A stretch of 64,000 nucleotides of DNA, taken from the NCBI GenBank assembly GCA_027604505.1, contig JADIIX010000076.1, positions 1 through 64,000 on the forward strand, in the 5' to 3' direction. Positions 10,415-22,757 of this stretch are shown here, in pieces. Position 1 is the first letter of the stretch, and every line of letters begins with the position of its first letter. A program made the translations under genes and the position numbers. Under the pieces are notes generated by a model. The model was not told where the DNA came from and did no database searches. It was given only the letters and a program-made list of their open reading frames with translations. The DNA is from Gonapodya sp. JEL0774. Lineage: Eukaryota.

Positions 10415-13400
10415 TCATCGTTTTTGCTTGAACGGGAACTTGAGCAATACCTGAAGTCGTTCTTTGTCCAAATACTCTCTGTCAGCTATAAGTGAAGACA
10501 CTTCCTGAATTAAGTTGGGGGCTAAAAATGTCAAATGCATAATTCAGTTCACAGAAGCTTTCAATGACCGCGCGACGTACGGCTACTCACTACGACTTTC
10601 ACAGACGGTAGACTGAGTTCCTTGCGAAGGTGCGTTGCTGTTATCTTTTGATAGCTTCCACGCATCAAGGACCTCCGGTAATCCGAGCCGACCAAGCTCA
10701 TCCACTGCATCAATAGCGGTTGCTCGTACCTCCGAGTCCGGATCACGCCAGAGCTTCACCAGAAGCGTGAGGCATCGCAAGCGGAGGCTGGAAGAAGGTG
10801 TGTATGGTACAAAGCGGGAGAGGAGAAATACCAGATCGGATTTCTGTTATGCGAGGTTCAGCTTCTCAACGAATGACGAGTACCACATTAACAACCAACA
10901 AACCTTCCTGAACAGCTCTGAGTCCTCTCGCTCAAATATATTAACGATGTCATCAAGCTTATTGTTCACTGCTTTGAGGAGCAAAGCATGGCTGCCAAAC
11001 TTGCTCTCAATCAATTGATTCTTCACGATCATCGAGATCGAATCACAAGCTGAGGCTCGCACTCCTCGATGGGGATCATCTAACAGCGACGTTAAAAAGC
11101 CGAAGCCTGCAGTCAGATCTTGATCGGAAAGACCTAGGAGCAGGGCCAGAGGAAAAAAGTCAGCCCAGTTGTGTCATTGGTCTGGATATCCCTAGCCGAA
11201 ACACACGAGTAGAGAGTGAATAAAAAAGACCAAATCCCAAGCACGCTTGTAGTGCAGCGGTGGTAAGACGGCGGAGGTACTCGGACTTCGGGAATGCACG
11301 TGTCACTGAAACAAATGCGAGTAAACAAATATGACACACACTTTTACATCGATGATGCCGTTCATTTCATTTCTTTTGGATTCCAGAGCGACAAATTTTT
11401 CCGTCTTTCCCGACTTGATAATCTCGGTTGTCGCCTCCTCTGACAGCTGCCGAAACCCTTCGAGCGCAGTATACCTTGAAGATCAGTAGTGATCAACCAT
11501 GTAAATTATGTATCAACCAACTGACTGCTCGATATAACCCACTGTTGTTCGGATACAATAGACTCCTCTACGTGGAGATTGAAGAACGAGAAGGAGTTTT
11601 CCAGGGCAGCGTACAATTCTTCACGAACATCATGCGCCCTTCACACATCGACAAGGTAACGTTTGCAAGCGCAGAGATTGTATAGAGCATGAGTCTGCTC
11701 ACTTGGCTACGCAAACTTGAATAAACTCCTGCAATTGGGTAACATAGATGGGCACTTTTTCCGAAACCCCTTGGATATCAATGCAATTGTCAATCAGGCA
11801 ATCCCCGCAAAGGAAGAGTTTCGTGCACACCATCCATCACAAACAACAAATTGGAGAGCATTTGAAGTTGGCGCACAACCCAATCTAGTTGGGTGTTGAG
11901 AATGTCCTCGTTCTGGACATCTATTTCGTCGAAGTCTCTCGTAACTATTTTTGCAGAGACACAGTGATGGGCAAACGTAATCGGCTGTCTTGGGTCAAAA
12001 TTACATCCGCCAGGACTCACAATTGACGATTTCCTGCAGCATGGTATCGGCAATGTCGACCGCTACACTTGTGTATTTTTTGACGCATTCAGCAACCAGC
12101 ACGGTAACGTTCATACCATACAGCTGCCCAGGGCGGACAGATAAGACACCAAGACAACGCCCTCAAAATAGCTCCAGACTACTCACTGATTCTCGAGCCT
12201 TGACCACATCAGGACGAAGCTCTTCGACGTTCGAAACCTTTTCCTCGATAACTTGAAGCACAGGCGTCATTGTCTTCGTCGTATGAGTTTGAAATTGTGA
12301 CTCTGACAGCCCAAACAACTTGGTGAACTTTCGACGTCGATCCGAAGAGTAGTACTGAACATTCAGAGGGTCACTATCATTCAGTGGTACCACAATTGTC
12401 TTGTAACAAAGGGTCGATGAGTTCGTATTCTGTGTATTAAAGAATGTTTGAATCTCACAGCGTCCTCCACCGTTCCGGAAGAGTGTAGCATCATGGTAGA
12501 GGGAAACCGAGCAATACTTGAGGCCCCCTGAAGAAATTCGTATGTGCCAGCTGGGGATTGCTGTGATGTCTTGGCATTACTCACTTTCGACTGTCTCTGG
12601 GTGTCCTCCAACAAAAAGTCCATTAGTCCTTCTTCGACAACGAGATCCTTGGCCTTGGTTTGTATCTGTAGATTGATTTGTCCAATACATGTTCGGTGAA
12701 TTTTCGTCGCAGTCAGACGAAAAAACACTTGGACTTGCCATAGGATCGTTGTCGGACATGAACATCAATGCAAACCACATTGCCTCCTCTGGGTTCAAAT
12801 ACTTAACAAATAACCTGTAAGTGTTGATAGATCGCATTCGAGTAGCTTCTGAGCGAGCTTTCGTATCCTCACAATAACTTCGAGTCAGCGTTTTGGCTAA
12901 TCCCGGCCGCGCAAGGCGACTATCTGTCAATGTTGTACTCACTCTCTTCGCATTTGTGAGAAGTATTTTAAAAACACTGTGCTTGGCACCTTGCCGCGAC
13001 ATGACTCTTCCCAAACAAGCGAAAACTTTCTTCCTGGTATCTTCATCATCTGTTTGCTCAACAAACGTTTGCACAGAATCAAGCGTGCGGGCAAGGTCTT
13101 CCGGACCCGCCAATGATGAAGCTTCTGCTGCCAAGTAAACTGCATATCTCCGTTTTCGTTGCGAATATCGTCCGCTCACAACCACATGATTGCAGCGAGT
13201 GGCTATTTCCTTCGCCTTAATGGGGTAGACTTCACGAAGTATATCGAAGGTGTAAAACAGCGCGACAATTTCTCCTTCGCTGGGCACTGTTGCACTTGTA
13301 AGTCTCACAACAATCTGCTTGAATAATCCCGGGGAATATTCTATTTGCATAAAATTGGGTAAGTGTCGATTATAGACACCCTCACGTTTGAAGCGCTAAC

Positions 13401-16400
13401 GAACCAGAGACATTACGCAGTGCAACCAGGCATGCTTCTATGAATGTTGTGTTCCCGGGCGAGATGTCTGCGCTCAGATGAGTTGCGAACATCTCGATTA
13501 TTCCTGTCTGGACTGATTCGTGCTGGCAACAGAACTCGGATAGAACAAGTACAGCTGGACCCTGCGAAAGAAAAGTCGCATACATTACCATGTATTGTCC
13601 TCATGCACCAAAATGGGCTCACTTGCATGCTATAATTCTTTTGGAGGTCTTGAAGAAAATAAAGAACTTCTTGCACACGCACCTGTGGCACAACGCCACC
13701 AACCGAACGGATCAACGTTTTCATTCTTTGCATAAGTCTCTCCGAGACCGCTGGAAGATTGAATCCATCATCTTCGTGGGGCTGGATTCATCATTAGAGC
13801 AAGTCTCTTCCCTGGAGATAAGATGACCCACCAGTTGATGTGCCCCTTTGGGAAAGATGATGAGGTTCTCTAGTTCGTTCCCTAATTCCGTCATTTCTTT
13901 GTAACTGGCTTTGATCTCTGCGTCATCCTTCAGAAGATCATCCCATTTGCTGGACGGGAGAACCGTGATGAACCGAGGTCGTCCAAAACAATTCGAATCT
14001 TTTCGCTTCAGTCTCACGCTTCCGTTGCAAGACCCAGAGTGTCTTCACTATGAGGAACGATCAGCTTCCTCAAAGCCTCATACCGTGGAGCGATCTTTCG
14101 TAGACGCTGGGTGAAAGCAAGTCTAACGCGAAAGCTTGGATCTGCGTAAAGAGGCAGAAGGGTCCAGAGCACAACATAAGTCTGAATTTCATCCATGAGA
14201 GGAATCTGCCCCAGAAGCACAGAATTATCGCATCTCACAATCATCCCATCCGAAAAACAAACAACTCTCACCAAAGCCCACAGGGCCTGAACCGCAGCTT
14301 CACGAATAGACGAATCACCGTGCTTCAAGAAGAGAATCAGCTCTTGGGATGACCTCGTAGTCGTTGATTTATGTCCGAGCGCTCCACCCGCCAAAATGCT
14401 CGCACGAATAACGCCTTTCACGAAACACAAGATTCGAGTACGATCAGTCATAAAAAGATTAGATTTACCCACGGATTCTTCCATCAAGGCTTAATCTCGC
14501 TACTAAAGGATCGCCGGCGCGTTCCGTATGGCTGGCTGCAACAGAATTTACTTCTTCCTTTAGGTACTCAGAGAATTCAAAAGCCATCGTGGAGTCGAAA
14601 ACACTAGAAAACACAAGAGGATAAACTCTGAATGCTGCATGGGCAATGTCTACATTTGAGTCGACGAGCATAGATCTCAAGAGATCTCGAATCTGGGGTA
14701 GACGGTGTTCGATAGCGCGGGGAAAGATCAGTAGACATGATTCAACAAAGTCGATTGCTCCAAGTTTGATTGAAGCGATTGGAGAGTTTGCCGCCAGATC
14801 AAGTGCGTGGTCGAAGTAGAACGTTAAAACCGCCGAGGCAACAGTTGGGAGTTTCAAACGAATCAGGTACTTCAAAATTTCGAAAGCCGATCTAAAAATT
14901 TTCGAGCACTCAGTTGACTCCATAGGCTAGGAACATACACAAGGAAACAAACAGTTGATATGTCCATTGCTTGTGGACCACCATCTGTGTTTGAATTATG
15001 TACAGAAGGCTTCGGAGGGTAGCTGGCCGAACTGTAGAGTATCGGAACGAGCCGCGTACAACAGTTGCACACGCAGATCTTCGGTGACGGGGAGACAAGA
15101 GTTGCATTTACCTTGACTGAGTCATCGCAAACAGTTTGAAACTCTCACCTACGAAGCATTGGATCTGGTATACCAGCGCAGGGAAGGACGCACATCAAAT
15201 AAGAGAGATACCAGCGTCGTTTACCGGCAGTGGAAGTCGGTACATTTTCTCGACTTCGACCATCGTCTCCCTGTAGCAAGAAGCGGCGAGTGTGGGTGCG
15301 ATCAGCACATATGATTGTAAGCAGACATGCAAGGCTTTACATACTCCAAGGAGAGGAGGAGGAGGAACTCCAAGCTTCGCGTAGAGCAACGAAACCCAGA
15401 AAGGAGCATGCACCGAGACCTTGGAAAAGTTGTACTCGTCGGGGTGTGCAAGTTGGCTATCCTGGACGTCAGCCATCCAAAATCGCCAAAAAGCGTCGCC
15501 AAACTTCGGGTCCGTTATTGCCTCCACAAGATTCCGACATTCGTTCTTTTCGGTGAAGAAAGAATTGCAAAGTTCGTCGAAATATCGAACCAATTCATTC
15601 GACGTGCTAGAGATGGTCCCAGAGGCCATTGCATTCAAAATTCCATTGAAAGTTTTTGTGGTCGACACTTCTGGTAATCGAAGAAGCAAGTGTTTCGCGA
15701 TAGCAGAAGTACTGACAAGGCACTTCGTGGGTCCCGGAGAAAAAAGATAATCTGAAGTTGATCTCTGTCCACTTACTTGTCCTTAGACGTGTCACCCAGA
15801 CAGAGTACAAGTATTCCAAGGGCGTTATTGAGCATCCCACCGGCTTTCCAGAAGGTAAACCGGTCTCCTCCAAGGAGTTCGTAGACGTCCCTCCGAACAG
15901 ACGGATCCGCATGAAAAATGAGCGAGAACAGCAGCATCAGCATCTAATACATAATGAGGAGATTTCCATAGAATGATCTCAGAGTGCAAACTTGGAGACA
16001 ACGTACGTCTTTCCGCGTCTCAGGTGAGATCTTCTTCAGAAAAAGTTTGTTCACAATCTTCAATACCTTGCGTAGCAAATCCACATTCGTCCGTGGAGAT
16101 GCCAGTGCCTTCAAGTGCGCCCACACGAACTGCACTTCGGAAGGCTCAATATCATCCTCGTATGCCGACACCAGTGATCCAATGACATCTATCACGGAAA
16201 GATTAATGTCCATATCTTCGTGTGATAACAGAGGAACAAGAGACTGGAAAAGGAATTGACTGGCCTGGATCAAACAATGCTTCATAAGAGGGTAAGTGAC
16301 TTAACACGAAACCCAAATACTCATACCTTTGTGGCCCCTGCTCCCCAAACTTTGATCAAGTCTAATATACGGAGTTTTTGAGGCGCAGGGACGTAGTCCA

Positions 16401-18312
16401 AAGAGCCAGCAAGTCGGTGGACCCATTTTGAGTATGGTGCATCACCGGCTGAGGGCAGGTTTGCAGAAGCAGTCCTCGGAATCGCTTTCAGCACCAGTTC
16501 GAGAGCATCTATCAGTCTTTCAGACGGGGGCGCAGAACTGCGACGCATATATGCGGATGCAAGCTTCGAGTCAGAAATCCTGGCATCAATCTTCACTCCG
16601 AATTGTGCATCATAATTGCTGATATCCCGTTCGTCTCGCCTGGCTTTCTTAAGCACATCCAAAAGCCCTGCATCATGCATCTCGTCCCTGATCAGGCCCT
16701 CGAGAATCTCAAAGTATAGGAAACTCGTAGAGCAATCTGTGTCCAATACCCCCGTAACAATAATGCCCCACAACCAGTCGGCGAGATCTGAATGCTTGAT
16801 GAGTCCAGGCCACAAGCAAGCAACTGTATGCAAGCACACGCAAGCTCCATAACGCACGAGGGCGGGTGCGGCCCGGAAGTGGTTCGACAGCGCTTGTACA
16901 AAAGATGAAAGCATCGCCACCAAGTCGGGATTCGTTGTGGGAGTTATCGTTGTAGTTCGTTTATCGACCGGAATCAGCGAAGTTGTGTAGGCTGCTACCG
17001 CCCATGGAAGAAGATCATATGCTTGCTCTTCGTGAGGCGTCAGCAAGGCGACAAAGAGTTGATACAAATTATTGGTGTCTCCACCATTGTGAGGTCCAAG
17101 AGGACCCTCTGCTGAAGGAGAGGGAGAGCTGGTCGAATGTTTCTTTGCTGTGGGCTTCTTGGGAGGTTTCACGACAGCGAGTGTCGAGAAAATCATACTC
17201 AAAGACTCCTTTATCCTGGATGTTTCACGATCCGTCTCGAAGGGTGGATTAGCCGGGGGAAGGGGGGGGAAAGGGGGCCACGTGCCGGGGGTCGGGGTGG
17301 ACGTGTGGGTGATAACACAGGACAGAGTTTCGTTCATTCGTTCGCTCACCTTATTATTCAATTTTAAGAGCTCCCTTACAATATTCCACGTCAGTACAAA
17401 GTCGTTGTTGCAATATAGCGGAGAAAGTAGCCCAAGAGCCTGAAAAACGATTGAGTTACCATTGTCCCTCCGAACCGCGAAAACTGCCCCCAATCACCTA
17501 CCCACTTTCACATTCACAGTCCTGTCGACAACTTGTCGAAACCCCGCACCGTCGATTCCGTTGAGACTGAAGTACAGGTTCCAAACAGCCGCTAATTGAT
17601 CTGCTTCCACAAACTGTTTTTGATTATGGAAGATAATTTCCGTGAGCGCCGTGACACAAACGCTCCGCACGTTTTGGTCTGGATGCGGGTAGAAACACTC
17701 AAGTGCCGCGACCAAAGATACTGCCATATCTGATATGTGTCGACCGATGTTCTCAAACAGCATGTGAGTCGCATCCTGAAGACCTACACCGACAGTAACC
17801 GGTTGTATGGTATAAAAGAGCTTAGAAGAATATCCAAGGAGTCACTCACCTCTATCGTCCACCTGAAACGCCGCCGTCACCGACCCGATTGTCCAAGTCC
17901 AATTTCCCGCTCCTGCGTCTCCAGTGCTGAAGACTTGCGCCAATTTAAATAATTGTAACACACACTGCAGTCGCACGGCGTCAGACCAGTGTCCTAAATT
18001 CGCTATAAGCTGAACTGCAAGATGAACGACGGAGGTCTCCAAATTGTTCTCGAATGCCTCGAAGCTCCATTCCAGAGCAAAAACGCGCGGAGATGCTACA
18101 AAGGAGCCGAAAATATGCATATCCTGATTCATTATGTTGTTGCTTCCCCTTCCGGTTTGCTTGCCGTCGATCCCCGTCTCACTCGGCGCTGATGCATTTT
18201 CTCGACCTTCGACGGCAAAGAACGAGCGAGCTCCCTTGATCCATTCAGCCACTTGCGATCGCAAAGCTGGCTGAACCTCGAAAGGCGCTGCTGAATGCGG
18301 CCTTCGTTGCAT
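10415..18312 (-). CDS. Large multi-exon HEAT/ARM-repeat helical solenoid protein of unknown function
   Basis: Chain of minus-strand ORFs joined by short introns, with HEAT-like segments (HPDQNVRSVCVTALTEI, HGDSSIREAAVQALWAL, DPSFRVRLAFTQRL, DPDSEVRATAIDAV). ATG at 18312, stop at 10415; ends are approximate. Confidence 0.75.
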
Positions 18313-18548
18313 TTTGACGTGCGCAATGTGATTCCCCGACCTCCTCAAGGCCAGGTGGGTTTTATCATAATGTAGGTGCAGTAATTTTTTCCATAAGCTT
18401 CGTAGTCTCGCAAATCCAAACTATCTAAGGCTAAGCTGTTGTGAAGAGGGGTCCCTGACAGTCTCTAAGACTTAAAGTCCGTCTGATGCCTCTCAGCACC
18501 AAAGGCTTGCAGTTCCTCCAATCCCATATGCGGGCGTGGAACTACTAC

Positions 18549-20063
18549 TTACTTGAGACTGGGGAAAGCACTGGGGTCCGTGACATTGACGGCAGCACCG
18601 CTCCTTCCACGTCCACCCTGGCCACCCCTTCCTCCCCGTCCAGATGACGCGGGCCTGTCACCACCGCGACCACGACCGCGACGGGGTTCCTCGACAAAGC
18701 GGAAGTCAATGTCAACAACTTGCTTCTGGTCCTTGCCCTTTACCTCTTGCGCCTTTGGAGCAGAGGACTTGGTCTACGTGGGAGGTGGATAAACGAGTGT
18801 AGAAGTATAGGAGAATACTAGTTTCAGCGGTAGGACTTTTCAACAGGCAATACGAAACGGATAACACTTGCCTTCCCAACAAAGAAAATGTCCGCCTCAG
18901 GCTTTCTCTCGAACTTCTTGTCCGACTTGAGCAAGTTCGGGTCCACACCCTGGTTCAGGTTGCGCGCTTCGGTGGCGGAGTTTTCCAACACAACACGTTG
19001 AGCCTCGCGCTCCGCAAGATATTGCTCGAGAGTCTTCTGTTTGGCGAGCATCTCTTCCTCCTTGCGGCGCTCCTCTTCCTCCTTTCGCCTCTCTTCCTCC
19101 GCTGCAAGCTGCTCCGCAGTCTTCGGAACATCGGCCTTGGGCTCCTCGGCAGCAGCAGCGGTGACTTCGTCGGTCTTGGACTCAGCAGGGGCAACGTCGA
19201 GGGGAGAATCGAGAGGAGCGCTGAGAGAAATTGCATCAATTCAGACGCCTGTTTCCCAACTTGGATTCTTGCATAACGCGAGAGGCGTAGCACAGACACG
19301 TACTTCTCAGCCTCAGCGCCTGCAGGACCCCAACCTCCGGTCTGTTCCTGTTTCTCGCTGTCACTGTGAGGGTGCAAGTGATGAGCACGGGGACTCAAGA
19401 GACGTACGACTAAAAAATACCGGTTCACTCACACTCTGTCGGTGGCACTGTGCCTGTCAAACTGACGACCGCGGCCACGGTAAGCACCACGTTCACCACG
19501 GGGGAAACCACGACCACGACCACGGTATCCTCCACGGCTGTTCTGGCGGCCCTCGTCTGAGGGTGGGGCGCCCTCACGGCTATCGCCATTCTCTTGGCGA
19601 GCAAGGCGGGGAGGAACATTCCTGTCACGGCCTGGTGATTCGGATTCGCAAAGGGGACCGGAGAAAGCGGTACGAGGACAAAAGAAAGGTTACAAAAACT
19701 GAGCGTGAATCCCAATGACCCGATGTCACAAAGAACGCGAGCATCAGTGTCCAAGTGTCTCGCAGAAATTTTGGGAACTCGAACACTGTGCTTCTGGTTC
19801 AATAAACTGGCGGGATCTGACGCTGCTCTGTCTAGCCAAAGCTCACCTTCTCCACCGGCAGCACCACCTCTGCCATAGCCGCCCCTCCTAGGGCGGTCCT
19901 CCCTCGGAGCCCTCTCAGTCCGCGTGTCTGCTTTCGTGGCGACAGCGGCAGGGGCCGGAGCAGGCGCTGCCTTGACGGGAGCCTTGCGGGGCACGATGAC
20001 CTCGACGCCCTCGTCGTCATCGTTGAGAAGGGCGAAGGGATTTGTTGAAACGACAGCGGTCAT
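18549..20063 (-). CDS. STM1: Stm1/SERBP1 (HABP4/PAI-RBP1 family) RGG ribosome-hibernation/RNA-binding protein
   Basis: N-terminal STNPFALLNDD, RGG tracts, central DSEKQEQTGGWG and KTLEQYLAE, VDIDFRF, and C-terminal DPSAFPSLK*. Confidence 0.88.
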
Positions 20064-20633
20064 TGAGAAGATTGGCGGGTGGGTTTGGGGCAATTCCACG
20101 ATGACAAGAGAAAAATACTCGGCACCGGCGATTGCGGTCCAGAAACGAGTCCGTGAAAATCTACACGGCGTCCGGTTCACGTCCAACTTCTGTTGGGAAG
20201 CGGCGACTCCTTGGACGATTCCGGTGGCGGCTGATTCCGATGGATGGATGGATCACGTGGAACTGTCAGTGGGTGGATCAGAAATTGGGCCCACCTTGAA
20301 CCTGAATCAAACTTGCAACTTATTAATTTACCATTGCTACGGAATCATCATGGGTTAAATGAGATTCCTCATGACACGCATATTTCCATCGCTTCTCTGC
20401 TTCTGAAATCTTTCTTGAGTGTATGTCACTAGGCAGTGGTGTGAAGTCTCCACCGAACCAATTCAGAGCAAAACTAGTACAGATGCCAAACGTTGATATA
20501 GGGTGGAAATAACAGCGCATATGAAAGGGGAAGAACACAGCAGGGAGTGTTCATCTCATGGCCATCCACCACACCACCCCAATCATTTGAAAACACGCTC
20601 ATAATTGATTTCACCGATTTCAATCCAAAATCA

Positions 20634-22468
20634 ATGCCCAAGTCAATCCACCCTACGTCCGAGGTACCCAAAAAGCTCGATGCGAAGGCCGTGGAAGAGG
20701 AGACCCACTCTGAGGACGAGCGAGACAGTGATTTCGATATGACAGAAGATCGGGCAACGGTGGACGAAATAGAAGCCTTCCTCGAGTCCTGGCCCGAGCT
20801 CACGGAGCGCTTTCGACTACTCAAAAAAATCGGTGAAGGTGGGTTGAATCGAGTTGTGGACGCGGACTCCATCGCCCTCCAAAGTATCATGGTCGCCGCA
20901 GTGAGCCTGACCGCCAGGCCATTTCAGGCACTTTCAGCTCCGTCTACAAAGCGATCGACCTTAAACACGACGATTATGACAACTCTTGCTGGACAGGACT
21001 TGTTGGAATCGAGCGGGAGGAGACGGATGTTGTGCATGTTGCCTTGAAACGAATCTACGAATCGAGCAGTGCTGTACGAATCACGACAGAGATTCAAATG
21101 TTGGCAGACCTCAGGTGAGCTTTTTGTTTTGCGTTATATCTGAAAACTCTCAACGCAAAATGATGCAACATCATTCCCCGTTCCTCAGTGGTTCGCCATG
21201 TGTCGTTCCTCTTATTACCGCTGAACGAAAGGCCGACCAAGTCATCATCGTACTCCCGTACTTTGAACACCAGGACTTCCGAGTGGGTTTCTGTTTCCTC
21301 GCATGGCTGAGTCGACTGCTACAACAGCCCCCCTCTTCAACCTCACCTCGATTCCAACTCGCGCGTGCCGACAGGATTACTTCACAGGATGCACTATCGA
21401 TGACATACGTTGTTACATGCGTCAGCTCTTCACGGCGCTAGTCGCTCTCCACGATCGTAACATCATGCACCGGGATATCAAACCAAGCAACTTTATGTAC
21501 AACTTCATCACGAAGCAGGGCATGTTGACAGATTTTGGGCTTGCTCAAGTAAGTTTTGAGAGGGGGGAGAGTGATTGAATTGTGTTTGGTGGGAAAACTG
21601 TCCGGTCCAGTGATGTATTGATGATGCATGAATGTCGCCCAGTTCCAACTACCAGGTATCACCACTCGCTCGTCTGATGCTGCGAGGGCAAAATTGAAGG
21701 CGGGCAAGATTGTCTCGCCAGCCACTCCTAAAAGCTTCAAAGAGAACAGCGAGTTTGGAGTGAGCGCCAAAATTCCAAAGAACGAAACCAGGTAGGGATG
21801 AAGATCAGCTTGTCTGCATTTGTCACCAAGTATTGCACGCAATATTCACCGTCGAGCTCCATTCACTAGACCGAGCAAGAAGGCAAACCGAGCAGGAACA
21901 CGTGGCTTCAGAGCTCCGGAGGTCCTGCTCAAGTCCCAGTCACAGACCACAGGTGCGGATGCACACCCTGGACTCGCCAAATTCAAACATTTCCGTTAAT
22001 CTGTGTACTTATTCTTCTACTCAACTTCAGCCATTGACATCTGGTCGTGTGGTGTTACACTCCTGTGCTTCTTCACCCGATGCTTTCCCTTCTTTGAATC
22101 CAACGACGACGCAAACGCCGTCGTGGAGCTCGCATCTGTTTTTGGCATGGAGAAAATGGAGCAAACAGCACGCCTTCACAGTACGTTTAGTGCATGTGGC
22201 ATGTGTGCATGCTTGTTGTTCTGGACATGCACCCACGGTCACCCCACACAATGCAGACGTAGACTGGAAAGCGTACCTACCCCAAATAGAACGAAAAGGG
22301 ACTGACTTCAAGACACTGTGTGAGCGCGTTTCGGGAGATCCGAATCTGACCAAGCAGATTCCTCGGGAAGGGTATGATTTATTGGAGCGATGCTTGGATC
22401 TTGATCCTGCAACAAGAATAACCGCCAAGAAGGCACTCAACCACCCGTTCTTGAACTCTAAACGATGA
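20634..22468 (+). CDS. CDC7: Cell division control protein 7 (DDK catalytic kinase)
   Basis: KIGEG|TFSSVYKAID, VALKRIY, LPYFEHQDFR, HRDIKPSNF, DFGLAQ, kinase insert, ANRAGTRGFRAPEVLLK, AIDIWSCG: the Cdc7-specific signatures. Confidence 0.95.
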
Positions 22469-22757
22469 ATAATTCGATACGTTACATTGTTTGATGATAC
22501 CACACGGATACAATACAGTTAAATTTGTTCCAACAAAAATTGTGGCAAAATGTGCACGTGTCACCGGCCTTGTCGCCGCTCCACGGTGGAAACCGTGACA
22601 CCCCCCAGAACGCTTTCACATAGCATCCCCTGGTTGCGGGCATCAAAAACTCCTTGATCCATTGAGATCTTCTCATCAAGTCACTTTCGGGCGCGGATCT
22701 TAGCGAATCGCTTCACGCCTGTTCCTTCCGCCCATATACGGACAACCCCACAACTGG

